Of a stretch of 64,000 nt of DNA, positions 42,923-53,207 are shown in pieces (position 1 is the first letter of the stretch; every line of letters begins with the position of its first letter). The notes under the pieces were generated by a model. That model was not told the origin of the DNA. It worked only from the letters and a program-made list of their open reading frames with translations, and made no database searches. Made by a program: the position numbers and the translations under genes. The stretch is from Trueperaceae bacterium (GTDB lineage Bacteria > Deinococcota > Deinococci > Deinococcales > Trueperaceae), in NCBI GenBank assembly GCA_965214405.1, contig OZ243956.1, positions 1,216,001-1,280,000 on the forward strand, written 5' to 3'.

Positions 42923-43635
42923 GCGGCTTGGGCGACATCTGGCGGGTCATCTGGCAGAGCCTGACGCTCGACTGGGGCCTCTGGCGCGACCTCGTCGCCG
43001 ACCCCGACGCGGTGCGTTTTCGTTTCGCTATTCTCATCGTTGTGTTGGCGGGCTTTTCCGAAGCCGTGGCGCAGAGCGTGGTGCTCTTTCTCAATCAGGT
43101 CAGGCTGCACCGCTTCATCGCCAGCTTGCTTATCAACGCCGTCCTGTTCACCTTCGGCTACGCCTTTTACGTGCTGAGCATCAACCTGGTCGCCCGCGCG
43201 CTTTACGGCGCGCCACGCCCCTCGGAGCTTGTCTTCGACAGCATCGCCCTGGCTTATGCGCCCTTTGTTTTAAGCTTTCTGAGCCTCATCCCCTACTTCG
43301 GGCGGGGCGTCGGGATTGTTCTGTCGGTTTATCACGTGCTGGCGCTCCTTATCGCGGTGCGGGTGACGTTTGGGCTCGAGCCGCCCGCGCCCGTCGTCTG
43401 CGTGGCGGTGGGCTGGGTGCTCCTCACCTTGTTGAGCGGCACGGTGGGCCGCCCCATCACCCTATTCGCGCGTTTCCTGCGCCACCGCTTCGCGGGCAAA
43501 AGCCTGCTCGACAGGGAGGAGCTGCGCCGCCGCTACCGCGCAAGGCTCGCCCAGGGTGACCAGGTGGGCGGGCAGGTGGGTGAGCAGGTCGGCGGACAAG
43601 TTGGCGGGCGAGTTGACGGGCCGGGCGAGCCGTGA
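42919..43635 (+). CDS. Multi-TM membrane protein (Yip1-like)
   Basis: GFSEAVAQSVVLFLNQV, LAYAP and LIPYFG; GTGA-coupled to both neighbours. Confidence 0.75.
   Translation: MSGLGDIWRVIWQSLTLDWGLWRDLVADPDAVRFRFAILIVVLAGFSEAVAQSVVLFLNQVRLHRFIASLLINAVLFTFGYAFYVLSINLVARALYGAPRPSELVFDSIALAYAPFVLSFLSLIPYFGRGVGIVLSVYHVLALLIAVRVTFGLEPPAPVVCVAVGWVLLTLLSGTVGRPITLFARFLRHRFAGKSLLDREELRRRYRARLAQGDQVGGQVGEQVGGQVGGRVDGPGEP
43561..43620 (+). repeat. 12-nt coding repeat x5 (QVGG)
   Basis: CAGGTGGGCGGG-like units at the gene's 3' end. Confidence 0.7.
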
Positions 43636-44615
43636 TTGCTACCCTAATATTGAGCAGCTTAGCTGCCCTCTTTCTGATGGGACTCCTTGCGCCCTTCGAG
43701 ACCTTCGGCTGGTGGGCGGGGTGGTACGGGGAAAAGCCGGGCGAGCGCCACCTGCCCGACCCCGACGACGTGCCCCAGGTCAGGGCCACGCAGTTCGTCG
43801 TGTACCTGACGGGCATCAACGGCCTCGACCCGGAGGAGTATACCGCGGAGGAAGAGGTCTTTTTCGCGGAGCTCAAAAAGCGGCTGCCCGATATTGAACT
43901 GGTAGACGACGCCTATCCGTATGCGGCGAGCAACCGGGCGCTCACGGGCGAGCGCTTTTTTGGCCTCTTCTGGCGCTGGCTCGGCGACATGCGCGGTCGC
44001 GGCGCGCTGGGCCTCATCTCGTACCTCGTCCACGTGCGCAACATCTGGCAGGTGCTGGTCTCTTCCGACAGCCGCTTCGGGCCTCTATACAACTACGCCA
44101 CCGCGCAGCACGTGCTCATCAAGCTCTTAGAGCACGGCTACCCGCTCGGCTCCGGCACGCCGGTGACCTTTATCGGCTACAGCGGCGGCGGGCAGATTTC
44201 GGTGGGGGCGGCGCCGCTCTTGGAGGAGGCCGTGGACGCGCCCGTCCGGGTGATTTCGCTGGCGGGCGTGATGAGCTCGAACCGCAACATCCTGGCGCTG
44301 GACGGCCTCACCCACCTCTACGGCTCCAGAGACGTGGTGCAGCGCTTGGGCTACCTCTTCTTCCCGGCGCGCTGGCCCTTTCTGCGCTGGACGGCCTGGA
44401 ACAAGGCCCGCCGAGTAGGCATCATCACGCGCGTCTACACGGGGCCGATGACGCACGTCGGTCCGAAGAGCTATATGGACACCGAGGCGAGGCTGGAAAA
44501 TGGGCAGAGCTATCTGGAAAGGACGCTCGAGCTCATCACCGCGCTTCTCGAGGAGGCGGAAGCGGGCAGCGAGACGAGGGTCGAGACCGCCAAGAACGTT
44601 CGGGCGGCGAGGTGA
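43632..44615 (+). CDS. Membrane-anchored alpha/beta-hydrolase-like protein
   Basis: LLAPFETFGWWAGW, YLTGI, GYSGGGQ nucleophile elbow, SRD and candidate catalytic His (THVG). Confidence 0.75.
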   Translation: MIATLILSSLAALFLMGLLAPFETFGWWAGWYGEKPGERHLPDPDDVPQVRATQFVVYLTGINGLDPEEYTAEEEVFFAELKKRLPDIELVDDAYPYAASNRALTGERFFGLFWRWLGDMRGRGALGLISYLVHVRNIWQVLVSSDSRFGPLYNYATAQHVLIKLLEHGYPLGSGTPVTFIGYSGGGQISVGAAPLLEEAVDAPVRVISLAGVMSSNRNILALDGLTHLYGSRDVVQRLGYLFFPARWPFLRWTAWNKARRVGIITRVYTGPMTHVGPKSYMDTEARLENGQSYLERTLELITALLEEAEAGSETRVETAKNVRAAR

Positions 44616-44953
44616 AACGCCTCGAGCCTTCTGGAGCAACGTCTACCTGTTTGCTTTCGTGCTCGCGCTGTTGTCCATCCTCGGACGAGAAGATGTTGTA
44701 GAGGCCTTGCCTGCAGGGACGTGCTCACATCGGTCTTGGCAAGCTTCCCACGCACGACGCTTTGATGACGGTCGAATTTGCACGCGATGAAAATGTCCTT
44801 GTCACGCCTGAAATTTTCATGCCTGAAGAGCTGCGTTCGGCAGAAGACGTGTAGAGGCGGTTGCAGCTCCCCTCCGTACCTGCGGCGAACATCGCACCGT
44901 GCGTGACGAGGTAAAGGCCATCTACCGGGAGGCTGGCAAGGGCTACAGCCTGA
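44612..44953 (+). pseudogene. Gene debris: membrane-protein 5' stub fused to a LysR-substrate-domain-like fragment
   Basis: GTGA-coupled start, then frameshifted RAFWSNVYLFAFVLALL; then QGRAHIGLGKLPTHDALMTVEFARDENVLVTP with stops. Confidence 0.4.
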
Positions 44954-45026
44954 CCCCGGAGAGGCCGCCCCAGCCGCTCACGACGCCCGCAATTCTTGCC
45001 GAGGCGAAGGTCGCTGTGACGCAACC

Positions 45027-46223
45027 CTAAACCAGCAAGGCGTGCGGGTAAGGCACGCCCGCGATATAAACGTGACGAGCAGCGGCGTGCCCCCAGGTGC
45101 AAAGGGGATACCGCGGGTTGGCGTGGTCCACCACGATAAAGTCGGCGGCGCAGCCCGGCTCGAGCCGACCCAAGTCACCGCGCCCCAACGCGTCGGCGGC
45201 GTGTTTCGTGCCCGCCGCGAGGGCCTCCCGCAAGCTCATACCGCCTAGCGCCATAGCGAGCTGCATCGCCAGAAACAGGCTGTTCATAGGGGAGCTGCCG
45301 GGATTAAAGTCCGTAGCGACGGCGAGCTTCACGCCCGCGTCAACAGCGGCGCGGCAGTCGGGAAAAGGTTTTTTGAGAAGCACCGTAGCGCCGGGGAGAA
45401 CCGTACCTACTGTGCCACTCCCAGCCAAGGCCGCCCAGTCTTCAGGTGTACACTGCTCGAGGTGGTCCGCCGACAAGCCGCCCATCTCGGCGGCCAGTTT
45501 GGTTGCGCCGGTATGCTCGAGCTGTTCGGCGTGGGCTTTTATCTTGAAGCCGTGCGCCAAGGCAGTCTCAAAAATTTGTCTCGTCTCATCAACCGTGAAG
45601 GCACCTCGGTCGCAAAACACGTCCACCGCCTCCGCCAAACCTTGCCGCTTAACCTCGGGAACGAGGTCTTGGCAGAACATCGCCACGTAATCATTTCGGT
45701 GCCAGCCTTGGGGGATGACGTGAGCCAGCAAGGTGGGAACGATGCGTTGCGGGACGTGGTCCTTGAGGTTTCGGGCGACGCGCAGCATCTTGAGTTCGTG
45801 TTCGGGCTCGAGGCCATACCCGCTTTTGACTTCCAAAGTTGCCACGCCGCCCTTTAGAAAAACCTTCGCTCGCGCTATGGCAAGCTCGAGCATTTCCTCT
45901 TCGCTCGCCGCTTGCGTGGCCTCGACGGTGTTGTAAATGCCGCCGCCCGCTTCAAGGATGGCTTCGTAACTCTCCCCCCGACTTCGCTGCTCGTACTCAT
46001 GAATCCGGTCACCCGCCCAGATGAGGTGCGTATGGCTGTCAACGAGGGCGGGTAAAATCCCTTTACCCTCCAGGTCCACCCGCGCCGCGCCTGCGTAATC
46101 TTCGGGCAAGTCGGTTTCCGTTCCGACCCAGTCAACCTTTCCCCCGCTGACTACCATCGCCGCCTTTTTGATACTTTCGTCGGGGCTCAGCAACTCGCTG
46201 ATGTTGGTAAAGAGGGTCGTCAC
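45027..46223 (-). CDS. hutI: Imidazolonepropionase
   Basis: [31 protein letters not shown] and ATDFNPGS. Confidence 0.95.
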   Translation of the reverse strand: MTTLFTNISELLSPDESIKKAAMVVSGGKVDWVGTETDLPEDYAGAARVDLEGKGILPALVDSHTHLIWAGDRIHEYEQRSRGESYEAILEAGGGIYNTVEATQAASEEEMLELAIARAKVFLKGGVATLEVKSGYGLEPEHELKMLRVARNLKDHVPQRIVPTLLAHVIPQGWHRNDYVAMFCQDLVPEVKRQGLAEAVDVFCDRGAFTVDETRQIFETALAHGFKIKAHAEQLEHTGATKLAAEMGGLSADHLEQCTPEDWAALAGSGTVGTVLPGATVLLKKPFPDCRAAVDAGVKLAVATDFNPGSSPMNSLFLAMQLAMALGGMSLREALAAGTKHAADALGRGDLGRLEPGCAADFIVVDHANPRYPLCTWGHAAARHVYIAGVPYPHALLV

Positions 46224-47878
46224 GAGTCCAAACTCGGCAGGTCCAGACCGCGCTCCCTGGCAACCCGTTTGGCCTCTTCATAGCCTGCGTCGGCGTGACG
46301 CATGACGCCCGTGCCGGAGTCGTTGACGAGCAGGCGGCTCAGCCTCTCGTGCGCTTCCTCCGAGCCGTCGGCCACCGAGACCTGCCCGGCGTGCAGGCTG
46401 TAGCCCATCCCCACCCCGCCCCCGTGGTGGAAGCTCACCCAGCCCGCCCCCGACACGGCGTTGAGCGCAAAATTCAGGAGCGGCCAGTCGGCCACCGCGT
46501 CACTGGTGTCCACCATGCCCTCGGTCTCGCGGTAGGGGCTCGCCACCGAGCCCGAATCGAGATGGTCGCGCCCGATGACGACGGGCGCGCTCAGCTCGCC
46601 GCGCTTGACCATGTCGTTAAACATCAACCCCGCCTTGTCGCGTTCCTTGTAACCAAGCCAGCAGATGCGGGCGGGAAGCCCCTGAAACTTAAAGGTTTTG
46701 GTGCCCTCGGTGAGCCACTTGTGCAAGCCCTCATCGTCGGGGAAAAGCTCGAGCATTGCCTCGTCCGTTTTGTAAATATCTTCCGGACTGCCCGACAGGG
46801 CGACCCAGCGAAAAGGCCCGCGTCCCTCGCAAAACTGGTCACGGATAAAAGCTGGGACGAAGCCCGGATAAGCAAAAGCGTCTTCAAGGCCGCCGCGTTG
46901 GGCCATCGCGCGCAGGTTGTTACCGTAATCAAAGGCAATCGCGCCACGCTTCTGCATCTCGACGATGGCTGCACAGTGCGTTGCCATCGCTTCAAAGACT
47001 CGAGCTTTATAGCCTTCTACATCCTTTTCCCTCGTCTCGTCCGGGTCTTCATCCGCCTTGAGTGGAGGGATATACCCCACCAAAGGGTCGTGGGCGCTTG
47101 TCTGGTCGGTGATGAGGTCGGGGATGAAACCTCTTTTGAGCATTTCAGGCACTATCTCAGCCGCGTTGCCGAGTAAGCCGATGCTAGAGGCTCTACCCGC
47201 TTTTTTGGCAGCTTCGGCTTGTTCGATAGCGCCGTCCAAATTGCGCGTCCAGGTGTCGAGGTAGGCGGTCTCGAGCCGTCTCTGAATGCGCGCCTCGTCC
47301 ACTTCTATGCAGATGACCACGCCGCCGTTCAGCGTGACCGCCAGGGGTTGCGCGCCGCCCATGCCGCCCAAGCCCGCGGTGACCGTGATGGTGTTTTTGA
47401 GCGTCCCGTTAAAGTGCTTTCGGGCGGCGGCGGCAAAGGTCTCAAAGGTGCCTTGCAAGATGCCTTGCGTCCCGATATAAATCCAGCTCCCCGCGGTCAT
47501 CTGCCCGTACATCATGAGGCCGAGCTTGTCCAGGCGGTCGAACTCGTCCCAATTCGCCCATTCGCCGACTAGATTGCTGTTGGCGATAATTACTCGAGGC
47601 GATTTCGGAAAGGTGCGGAACACCCCGACCGGCTTGCCCGACTGGACGAGCAGCGTTTCGTCGTTCTCGAGCCTGTCCAAAACCTCGACGATTTTATGAA
47701 ACGCCGCCCAGTTGCGCGCGGCCTTGCCCCGCCCGCCGTAAACGATAAGCTCTTCAGGCTTTTCCGCGTTGGCGGGGTCTAGGTTGTTCATCAGCATCCG
47801 TTTGGCGGCCTCTTGAATCCAGCCTTTGGCGGTTCTCGTTGTGCCTGTGGGCGCGTGAATGGCGGGAGCTTGTGTCAT
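46220..47878 (-). CDS. hutU: Urocanate hydratase
   Basis: [27 protein letters not shown] and GRDHLD; RBS AAGGAG before ATG 47878. Confidence 0.97.
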   Translation of the reverse strand: MTQAPAIHAPTGTTRTAKGWIQEAAKRMLMNNLDPANAEKPEELIVYGGRGKAARNWAAFHKIVEVLDRLENDETLLVQSGKPVGVFRTFPKSPRVIIANSNLVGEWANWDEFDRLDKLGLMMYGQMTAGSWIYIGTQGILQGTFETFAAAARKHFNGTLKNTITVTAGLGGMGGAQPLAVTLNGGVVICIEVDEARIQRRLETAYLDTWTRNLDGAIEQAEAAKKAGRASSIGLLGNAAEIVPEMLKRGFIPDLITDQTSAHDPLVGYIPPLKADEDPDETREKDVEGYKARVFEAMATHCAAIVEMQKRGAIAFDYGNNLRAMAQRGGLEDAFAYPGFVPAFIRDQFCEGRGPFRWVALSGSPEDIYKTDEAMLELFPDDEGLHKWLTEGTKTFKFQGLPARICWLGYKERDKAGLMFNDMVKRGELSAPVVIGRDHLDSGSVASPYRETEGMVDTSDAVADWPLLNFALNAVSGAGWVSFHHGGGVGMGYSLHAGQVSVADGSEEAHERLSRLLVNDSGTGVMRHADAGYEEAKRVARERGLDLPSLDS

Positions 47879-48822
47879 CTTTCTCCTTTGTGTACTGCTC
47901 GAGCATGTACCGCGTAAATAAAGTGCCAAATAGTGACGGCGGCCAGGCGGCTGGTGCGGTCGTCAACGTCGAATTCGGGGTTGACTTCGCTGATTTCAAA
48001 GACGCGGCTGCGTTTGTCGCCTCCCGCCAGCTCCGCCAGTTCGATAAGGTCTCTGCCGTCCAGCCCGGTGGGGTTGGGGGCGCTCACGCCGGGGGCGTCC
48101 GCCGCGCGCACCACGTCCATGTCGAGGCCCCAGAAAAGGGCTTGGGAGGGTGTCTCGAGCAAATCTTCAACGAGAGGACGCAGACCTTGCGTTTGAACTT
48201 GCTGACGAGAAAAACACCTGACGCCGAGGGTTGACAAATACTCGAAGTAAACGCTCGAGTTGGCGTGAGGCTGATACCCCACCTCGAAAAACCGCTCGGG
48301 TCGGAGGTGTCCCTCTTCCAAAAGCTGCCGATAAGGCGTGCCGCTGTTGCGAGGTGAATCTGCTCTAACATCAAAATGTGCGTCCAGGTTAAAGGCGGCG
48401 GGGTCGGGGTGCTCGAGCGCCAAGCCGCTCACGTCGGGATAGGAAACATCGTTCCCGCCCCCCAATACAATCAGGCGCTTGCCGTCGCGGATGACCTGCC
48501 TGACCAGGGTCTGATGTCGCTCGTGAATCTCTTCAAGGCTACCTTCGACCAGGGTGTCGCCAAGGTCGAAGAGGTTGAGACCCTCGAGCCCCGCCACCCC
48601 GAGCTTGTAAAGCTGAGCACGTATCGCGCTAGGCGCACCTTTTGCGCCCACGCGCCCGCCGTTGCGCCTGACCCCTTCGTCCTGCGGGCAGCCCAGAATG
48701 ACGATGTTCGCTCCCTCATAATCACGAAAGTCGCTCTTAACGATTTCACCTAAGCGCTTGTCATTGGGGTCGTTACGCCGGTAAGACAGCACGGGGGCGG
48801 CGTCTTGTCTCAACTCTTTCAT
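47875..48822 (-). CDS. hutG: Formimidoylglutamase (arginase family)
   Basis: [23 protein letters not shown] and DMD...APGVSAP. Confidence 0.9.
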   Translation of the reverse strand: MKELRQDAAPVLSYRRNDPNDKRLGEIVKSDFRDYEGANIVILGCPQDEGVRRNGGRVGAKGAPSAIRAQLYKLGVAGLEGLNLFDLGDTLVEGSLEEIHERHQTLVRQVIRDGKRLIVLGGGNDVSYPDVSGLALEHPDPAAFNLDAHFDVRADSPRNSGTPYRQLLEEGHLRPERFFEVGYQPHANSSVYFEYLSTLGVRCFSRQQVQTQGLRPLVEDLLETPSQALFWGLDMDVVRAADAPGVSAPNPTGLDGRDLIELAELAGGDKRSRVFEISEVNPEFDVDDRTSRLAAVTIWHFIYAVHARAVHKGER

Positions 48823-48824
48823 GT

Positions 48825-49532
48825 CTAGCGCTTCGCCTCTTCTTGCGGGATGAATTCATTTTCAAAGCTGTACTTGTCGCCCCTCATCAGGTAGGTCACC
48901 CAGGTCACGGGCTTGTGAGAGGTGTAGGTGACGCGCTCGAGCAAGAAAGCCGGGGTGTGGAGAGGACAATCAAAACGTTCAGCCTGCGTTTCGTCCAGCG
49001 TCACGGCCTTGAGTTGCTGCCAGACTTTGGTAAGGGGCAACTTGTATTTGTGGATGAGCAAGTCGTGGATGCTTTCGTTTGCCAAATCCTCTTTGAGGAT
49101 GCCCGAGCACAGGTCGTGCCGCAAATAACGCCGCTCTTCCAGCACGGTTTTGCCGTCAAGAGAGCGCAAGCGGTGAACGAAGACGGCGCGCTCCACCCTC
49201 AGCTTCTCCTTGCCCTCCTCGGGTAGCGGTCTAACCTCGGCGGTAAGCAGCCGCGTTTCTGGCGTCGCGCCTACGCTTTTGGCGTAGTCCCTGAAGGGTT
49301 TGACCGTGAAAAAGCCCTGGTTGAAGGTGGGTTTCTTTAGGATGTTACCCCGCCCCGGAATGCGCGTGAGGTAGCCCTCGCGCTCGAGTTCTGACAGAGC
49401 CCGCCGCGCCGTCATGCGGCTCACCGAAAACCTATCGGCCACCACATTTTCGGACGGAAAATCCCCCCCGTCAACAAAAGCGCCCGTGGCGATTTCCGAC
49501 AGGAGCTGTTGTCTGATGCGTTCATATTTCAT
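48825..49532 (-). CDS. hutC: GntR/UTRA repressor of the hut genes
   Basis: PSE...VSRMTARRAL..L..EG winged helix plus UTRA domain; hut context. Confidence 0.85.
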   Translation of the reverse strand: MKYERIRQQLLSEIATGAFVDGGDFPSENVVADRFSVSRMTARRALSELEREGYLTRIPGRGNILKKPTFNQGFFTVKPFRDYAKSVGATPETRLLTAEVRPLPEEGKEKLRVERAVFVHRLRSLDGKTVLEERRYLRHDLCSGILKEDLANESIHDLLIHKYKLPLTKVWQQLKAVTLDETQAERFDCPLHTPAFLLERVTYTSHKPVTWVTYLMRGDKYSFENEFIPQEEAKR

Positions 49533-49547
49533 GGCTTCTTTTGGAAG

Positions 49548-49609
49548 AGTAAATAGTGATTAGTGGGTAGTTTTTTACTATATCCACTCATCACTACCCA
49601 CTAACCACT
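49548..49609. repeat. Heptamer tandem-repeat hairpin (copy 2)
   Basis: AGTAAAT-AGTGATT-AGTGGGT-AG ... CCACTCA-TCACTAC-CCACTAA-CCACT; 15/16-bp inverted match. Confidence 0.7.
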
Positions 49610-49614
49610 CCCTT

Positions 49615-50013
49615 TCAAGCTCCCTGCGCCACGTACATACTGCCGATACCAAAGGCCATGACCGCAAAGAGAAAGCCCGCGCTGCTCAAACCGGTAGCGG
49701 TCCAGCGGCCTTCGCGCGCAGGTTTGGGTAACCAGTAAAACAGCAGGTAGAAGAAAAGCGCGCCCAGCCCGCCTAAGTAGTGAATGTAAAGCTGCAACGG
49801 CCCTAGCCCCTGGTCGAGCAGTTTGATGCCGACCAAAACCTGCACCATCAGGCTAATCTGTGCGAAAAGGAGCACCGCATAAACCGTGCGGTCAAGCGCC
49901 CGCTTGCGAACGGCGAACGTGGCGGTGACGATTAGGCTGAGCAAGGTCGCTACCAGAACCGCCGTACCTACCCAGACGTGAACGGCGGGTTGAACCCAAA
50001 TTTGGTCTATCAC
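49615..50013 (-). CDS. Small 4-TM membrane protein
   Basis: Four hydrophobic segments with QVLVG and YIHY; RBS GGAGG. Confidence 0.8.
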   Translation of the reverse strand: MIDQIWVQPAVHVWVGTAVLVATLLSLIVTATFAVRKRALDRTVYAVLLFAQISLMVQVLVGIKLLDQGLGPLQLYIHYLGGLGALFFYLLFYWLPKPAREGRWTATGLSSAGFLFAVMAFGIGSMYVAQGA

Positions 50014-50109
50014 GAATCATCCTCCAGCCTTTTCTTTGGGCCTTTTCTTTTTCTTTAGGCCTTTTCTTTAGACGTTCTTTAGCCTCGAGCCACAGCCTCG
50101 AGCTTTCAA

Positions 50110-50121
50110 GCTGTCTATACA
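50110..50121 (-). promoter_or_regulatory. HutC operator (left)
   Basis: TGTATAGACAGC on the minus strand, identical to the site at 51607. Confidence 0.75.
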
Positions 50122-50223
50122 ACACTAAACCATCCTCAACTCTTTGTCCAGCTCTTTCTGAAAGAAACATGCGTAATATTTATGAACTGCGACTGGTGCT
50201 TAACCAATCCGAAGCCATTACTT

Positions 50224-51582
50224 GGGTGCAGCCCGCTAGTGTCGGATTAAGCCGGGGCAGGGTAAGCGAGGTGCCTGAGCTGCCCAAAGTCAATGAGGGA
50301 ATGTTTGGCACAGGTCTGGGCACGCAAAGAGGCCATACTGGCAGCACCTTGTTTGGACCAGTGCATCCCGCTTCTTTTCATACGGTTTCCGATAACGGCT
50401 TTGTTCATCCCTTCGATTTGCCCTGAACCGATGGGATAGCCTTTTTCTGTGAACCGAGCATAATCCATACTGTCAAGCCGGGTTTCAAGATACTTTAGAG
50501 CAGTTTGCGCTTTGTCATCCCAGGTGAGCCAGACCTCGGGTTTAGGAAGGTGGTGAGCGAGCCAGTCACGGGCGTTGAGCTGACCCCGATACCAGTCACA
50601 GCGGTGGCGCGTTCTTAGGTCTTCATCCCAAGCCAGTGCTTGCATGATGGTGTCGAGGTACTGAGTGGCGTGGTAGACGTCGGTGATTCTTACGGCGTCG
50701 AGATGACAAAAGATGTTGTCAATCCAAACGGCTCCATCACCCAAACCGAGCAGCGTATCCGCGGGGGTGACTCCGGCTTCGTTGAGTAAACCCGCCACGA
50801 GCGTGACAAAGTCTTCGGCACAGCAGCGTTCGGCCAACATCCAGCGCTGACTCGGAGCGGCTTGCGGATAAAGTACGGCTGTTTTGAGTTCCAGGCCAGG
50901 ACATAGCCCCTGTTCAGGTTGCCCTAAGACGTAGACGCCGTCCATTTGCAACACCATGACGCGTCCTTGTCGGCGTGCCGCTTCAGGCTCTGAACAAGAC
51001 AACAGTCTGTCTGCCACCTCGGCTCGACACGCCTCAGCGTAGGGGCGTTGCAAGCGGTCTAATTCTGACGAGCTAATCCTCAGGCCGAAGTTGCGCGCGA
51101 TGTAAGCGCCTTCTTCTAAGGGCACGCGCGCTGCTAAGTCGGTCAGGCAAGCTAAGGCTTTGGGCGTCCAGCCCGAATGGTCTAAGCGTCTATCGAGGAT
51201 AGCTTGTTTGGCTCGACCCTCTCTATCAACCAGCCTTTGTACCTCGACATAGACCCGGCCCCACAAGTGCTTAACCGCGCAGCGACGTTTGCCGTTACCC
51301 CAATAGCCTTCAGGTACTTCTCTTTTGTGCTCGGGGGGAAAAGCTCCGGCTATCTGCCAGAGCTTGCATAGTCTCACTCATCATCGCTTGATAATGCGCC
51401 AGCATCGCCGTCTCAACCTCGGCTACACCCGCATCTTCGGGTAGGTCTCGTTCCAAAGCTTCTAAGTACCTGCCAAACGCTTCCTTCGCCCGTTCTTTCC
51501 AATCACCTGTCTGGCTCGTTTTCATCCGCCATTCTACCGCTGCTACGCCCCTTTTTCTATCCGCCTATTTGGGGTTGCACCC
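50224..51582 (-). mobile_element. Complete IS, ISKra4/UPF0236-like
   Basis: Terminal IRs GGGTGCAGCCC / GGGTTGCACCC; 9-bp target duplication CCATTACTT (50215-50223 and 51583-51591). Confidence 0.9.
50247..51525 (-). CDS. Transposase split over two frames (-1 shift at TTTTCCCCCC, 51333-51342)
   Basis: QMDG, GDGAVWI, DVYHA and YPIGSGQIEG..K...RMKRSGMHWS. Confidence 0.85.
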
Positions 51583-51598
51583 CCATTACTTAACCAAC

Positions 51599-51627
51599 TT
51601 GAAAGATGTATAGACAGCATGTACACT
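51599..51627 (+). promoter_or_regulatory. hutH promoter with a HutC operator in the spacer
   Basis: TTGAAA-17-TACACT; TGTATAGACAGC at 51607-51618. Confidence 0.8.
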
Positions 51628-51656
51628 TAGAGCAAGTCTGTTCATGGAGGACGCTC

Positions 51657-53180
51657 ATGTCCGTAACGCTCAACACGCACCTCAGCACCGACACCTTTAT
51701 CGAGGTCGTCAGGAAAGGCCGGAAAGTCGCGCTTCACCCCGAGGCCTCAGAACGCGTCGAGCAGGCGCGTCGGTACGTGGAAAACCTTCTGACCCGACCG
51801 GAAGCCGTCTACGGGGTCAACACCGGCTTCGGCAAATTCGCCACAGTGCGCATTCTCCCTCACGAAGTGCGGGACTTGCAGCGCAACCTCCTCTTGTCTC
51901 ACGCCATCGGCGTCGGGGCGTCCTTTCCGACCGAGGTGGTCAGGGGGATGCTCTTGCTACGCGCGCAGTCGCTGGCGCAGGGCTATTCCGGCGTGCGGCC
52001 CGTCGTGATTGACTACCTGCTCACCTTTCTGAACGAGGGCGTCCACCCCGTCGTGCCGTCGCAGGGGTCGGTGGGGGCGTCGGGTGACTTGGCCCCGCTC
52101 GCGCACATGAGCCTGCCGCTTATCGGGGAGGGCGGCGTGGAGTACCGGGGCGAAATCAGGGCTTCACAAGAGGTGCTTGACATGCTTGGGCTGGAACCGT
52201 TGGTACTGGAAGCCAAAGAAGGCTTAGCCCTCATCAACGGCACCCAGGCGATGGCGAGTATGCTGGCCCTGCTCGTCTGGGACGCGCAGATTCTCCTCAA
52301 GAGCGCCGACATCGCCGCGGCCATGAGCGTCGAGGCGCGCAAAGCCAGCCACCGTCCTTTTGATGAAGCCGTCTCTAAGTTGAGACCCCACCCAGGTGCG
52401 ACGACGGTGGCTGAAAACATGCGCCTCCTCCTCCAGAACTCCGAGATTCAGGCGTCGCATATCGACTGCGACAAGGTGCAAGACCCTTACAGCCTGCGCG
52501 CCGTGCCCCAGGTCCACGGCGCGTCGCGCGACGCGTTGGGGCACGTCAAGGAGATTGTAGAGCGCGAACTGGACAGCGTCACCGACAATCCTTTGATTGT
52601 TTGGGACGAGGACAAAGTCATCTCGGCGGGTAACTTCCACGGGCAGTCGCTGGCCCTCGCGGCCGACTATCTGGGAATAGCCCTGGCCGAAATCGCCAAC
52701 ATCAGCGAGCGCCGCGTGGAACAGATGCTGAACCCGTCGCTCTCCGGTCTGCCCGCCTTTTTGGCGGACCAGGGCGGCTTGCACTCGGGGCTCATGATTA
52801 GCCAATACACCGCCGCCGCTCTGGTGAGCGAAAACAAAGTGCTGGCGCATCCCGCCTCGGTCGACTCGATACCCACGAGCGCCAATCAGGAAGACCACGT
52901 CTCGATGGGCACCCACGCGTGCAGGAAAGCGAGGGCCATCTTTGAGAACACCCTCATCGTCCTCGCTATCGAACTCGTCTCCGCCGCGCAGGGGCTTGAT
53001 TACCACGCGCCTCTAAAATCTAGCAAAGGGGTGGAGGCGGCGCATAAGAGGATTCGTGACGAGGTGTCGCACCTCGATGTGGACCGCTACTACCGGCCCG
53101 AACTGGACAAGGTCTGCGCGCTCGTGCGGTCGGCCAGCCTGTTGGCTGAGGTTGAAAGCGTGGTCGGCAGGGTGGCGTAA
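51657..53180 (+). CDS. hutH: Histidine ammonia-lyase
   Basis: [13 protein letters not shown] (MIO), [15 protein letters not shown] and NQEDHVSMG. Confidence 0.96.
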   Translation: MSVTLNTHLSTDTFIEVVRKGRKVALHPEASERVEQARRYVENLLTRPEAVYGVNTGFGKFATVRILPHEVRDLQRNLLLSHAIGVGASFPTEVVRGMLLLRAQSLAQGYSGVRPVVIDYLLTFLNEGVHPVVPSQGSVGASGDLAPLAHMSLPLIGEGGVEYRGEIRASQEVLDMLGLEPLVLEAKEGLALINGTQAMASMLALLVWDAQILLKSADIAAAMSVEARKASHRPFDEAVSKLRPHPGATTVAENMRLLLQNSEIQASHIDCDKVQDPYSLRAVPQVHGASRDALGHVKEIVERELDSVTDNPLIVWDEDKVISAGNFHGQSLALAADYLGIALAEIANISERRVEQMLNPSLSGLPAFLADQGGLHSGLMISQYTAAALVSENKVLAHPASVDSIPTSANQEDHVSMGTHACRKARAIFENTLIVLAIELVSAAQGLDYHAPLKSSKGVEAAHKRIRDEVSHLDVDRYYRPELDKVCALVRSASLLAEVESVVGRVA

Positions 53181-53207
53181 ACGAGTGCGTGAACGCGCTT
53201 CAGGCTG

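Noticed and set aside
49892..50170. Lys-rich ORF upstream of the 4-TM gene
   Set aside because: Low-complexity promoter DNA containing the HutC box; it overlaps the real gene out of frame.
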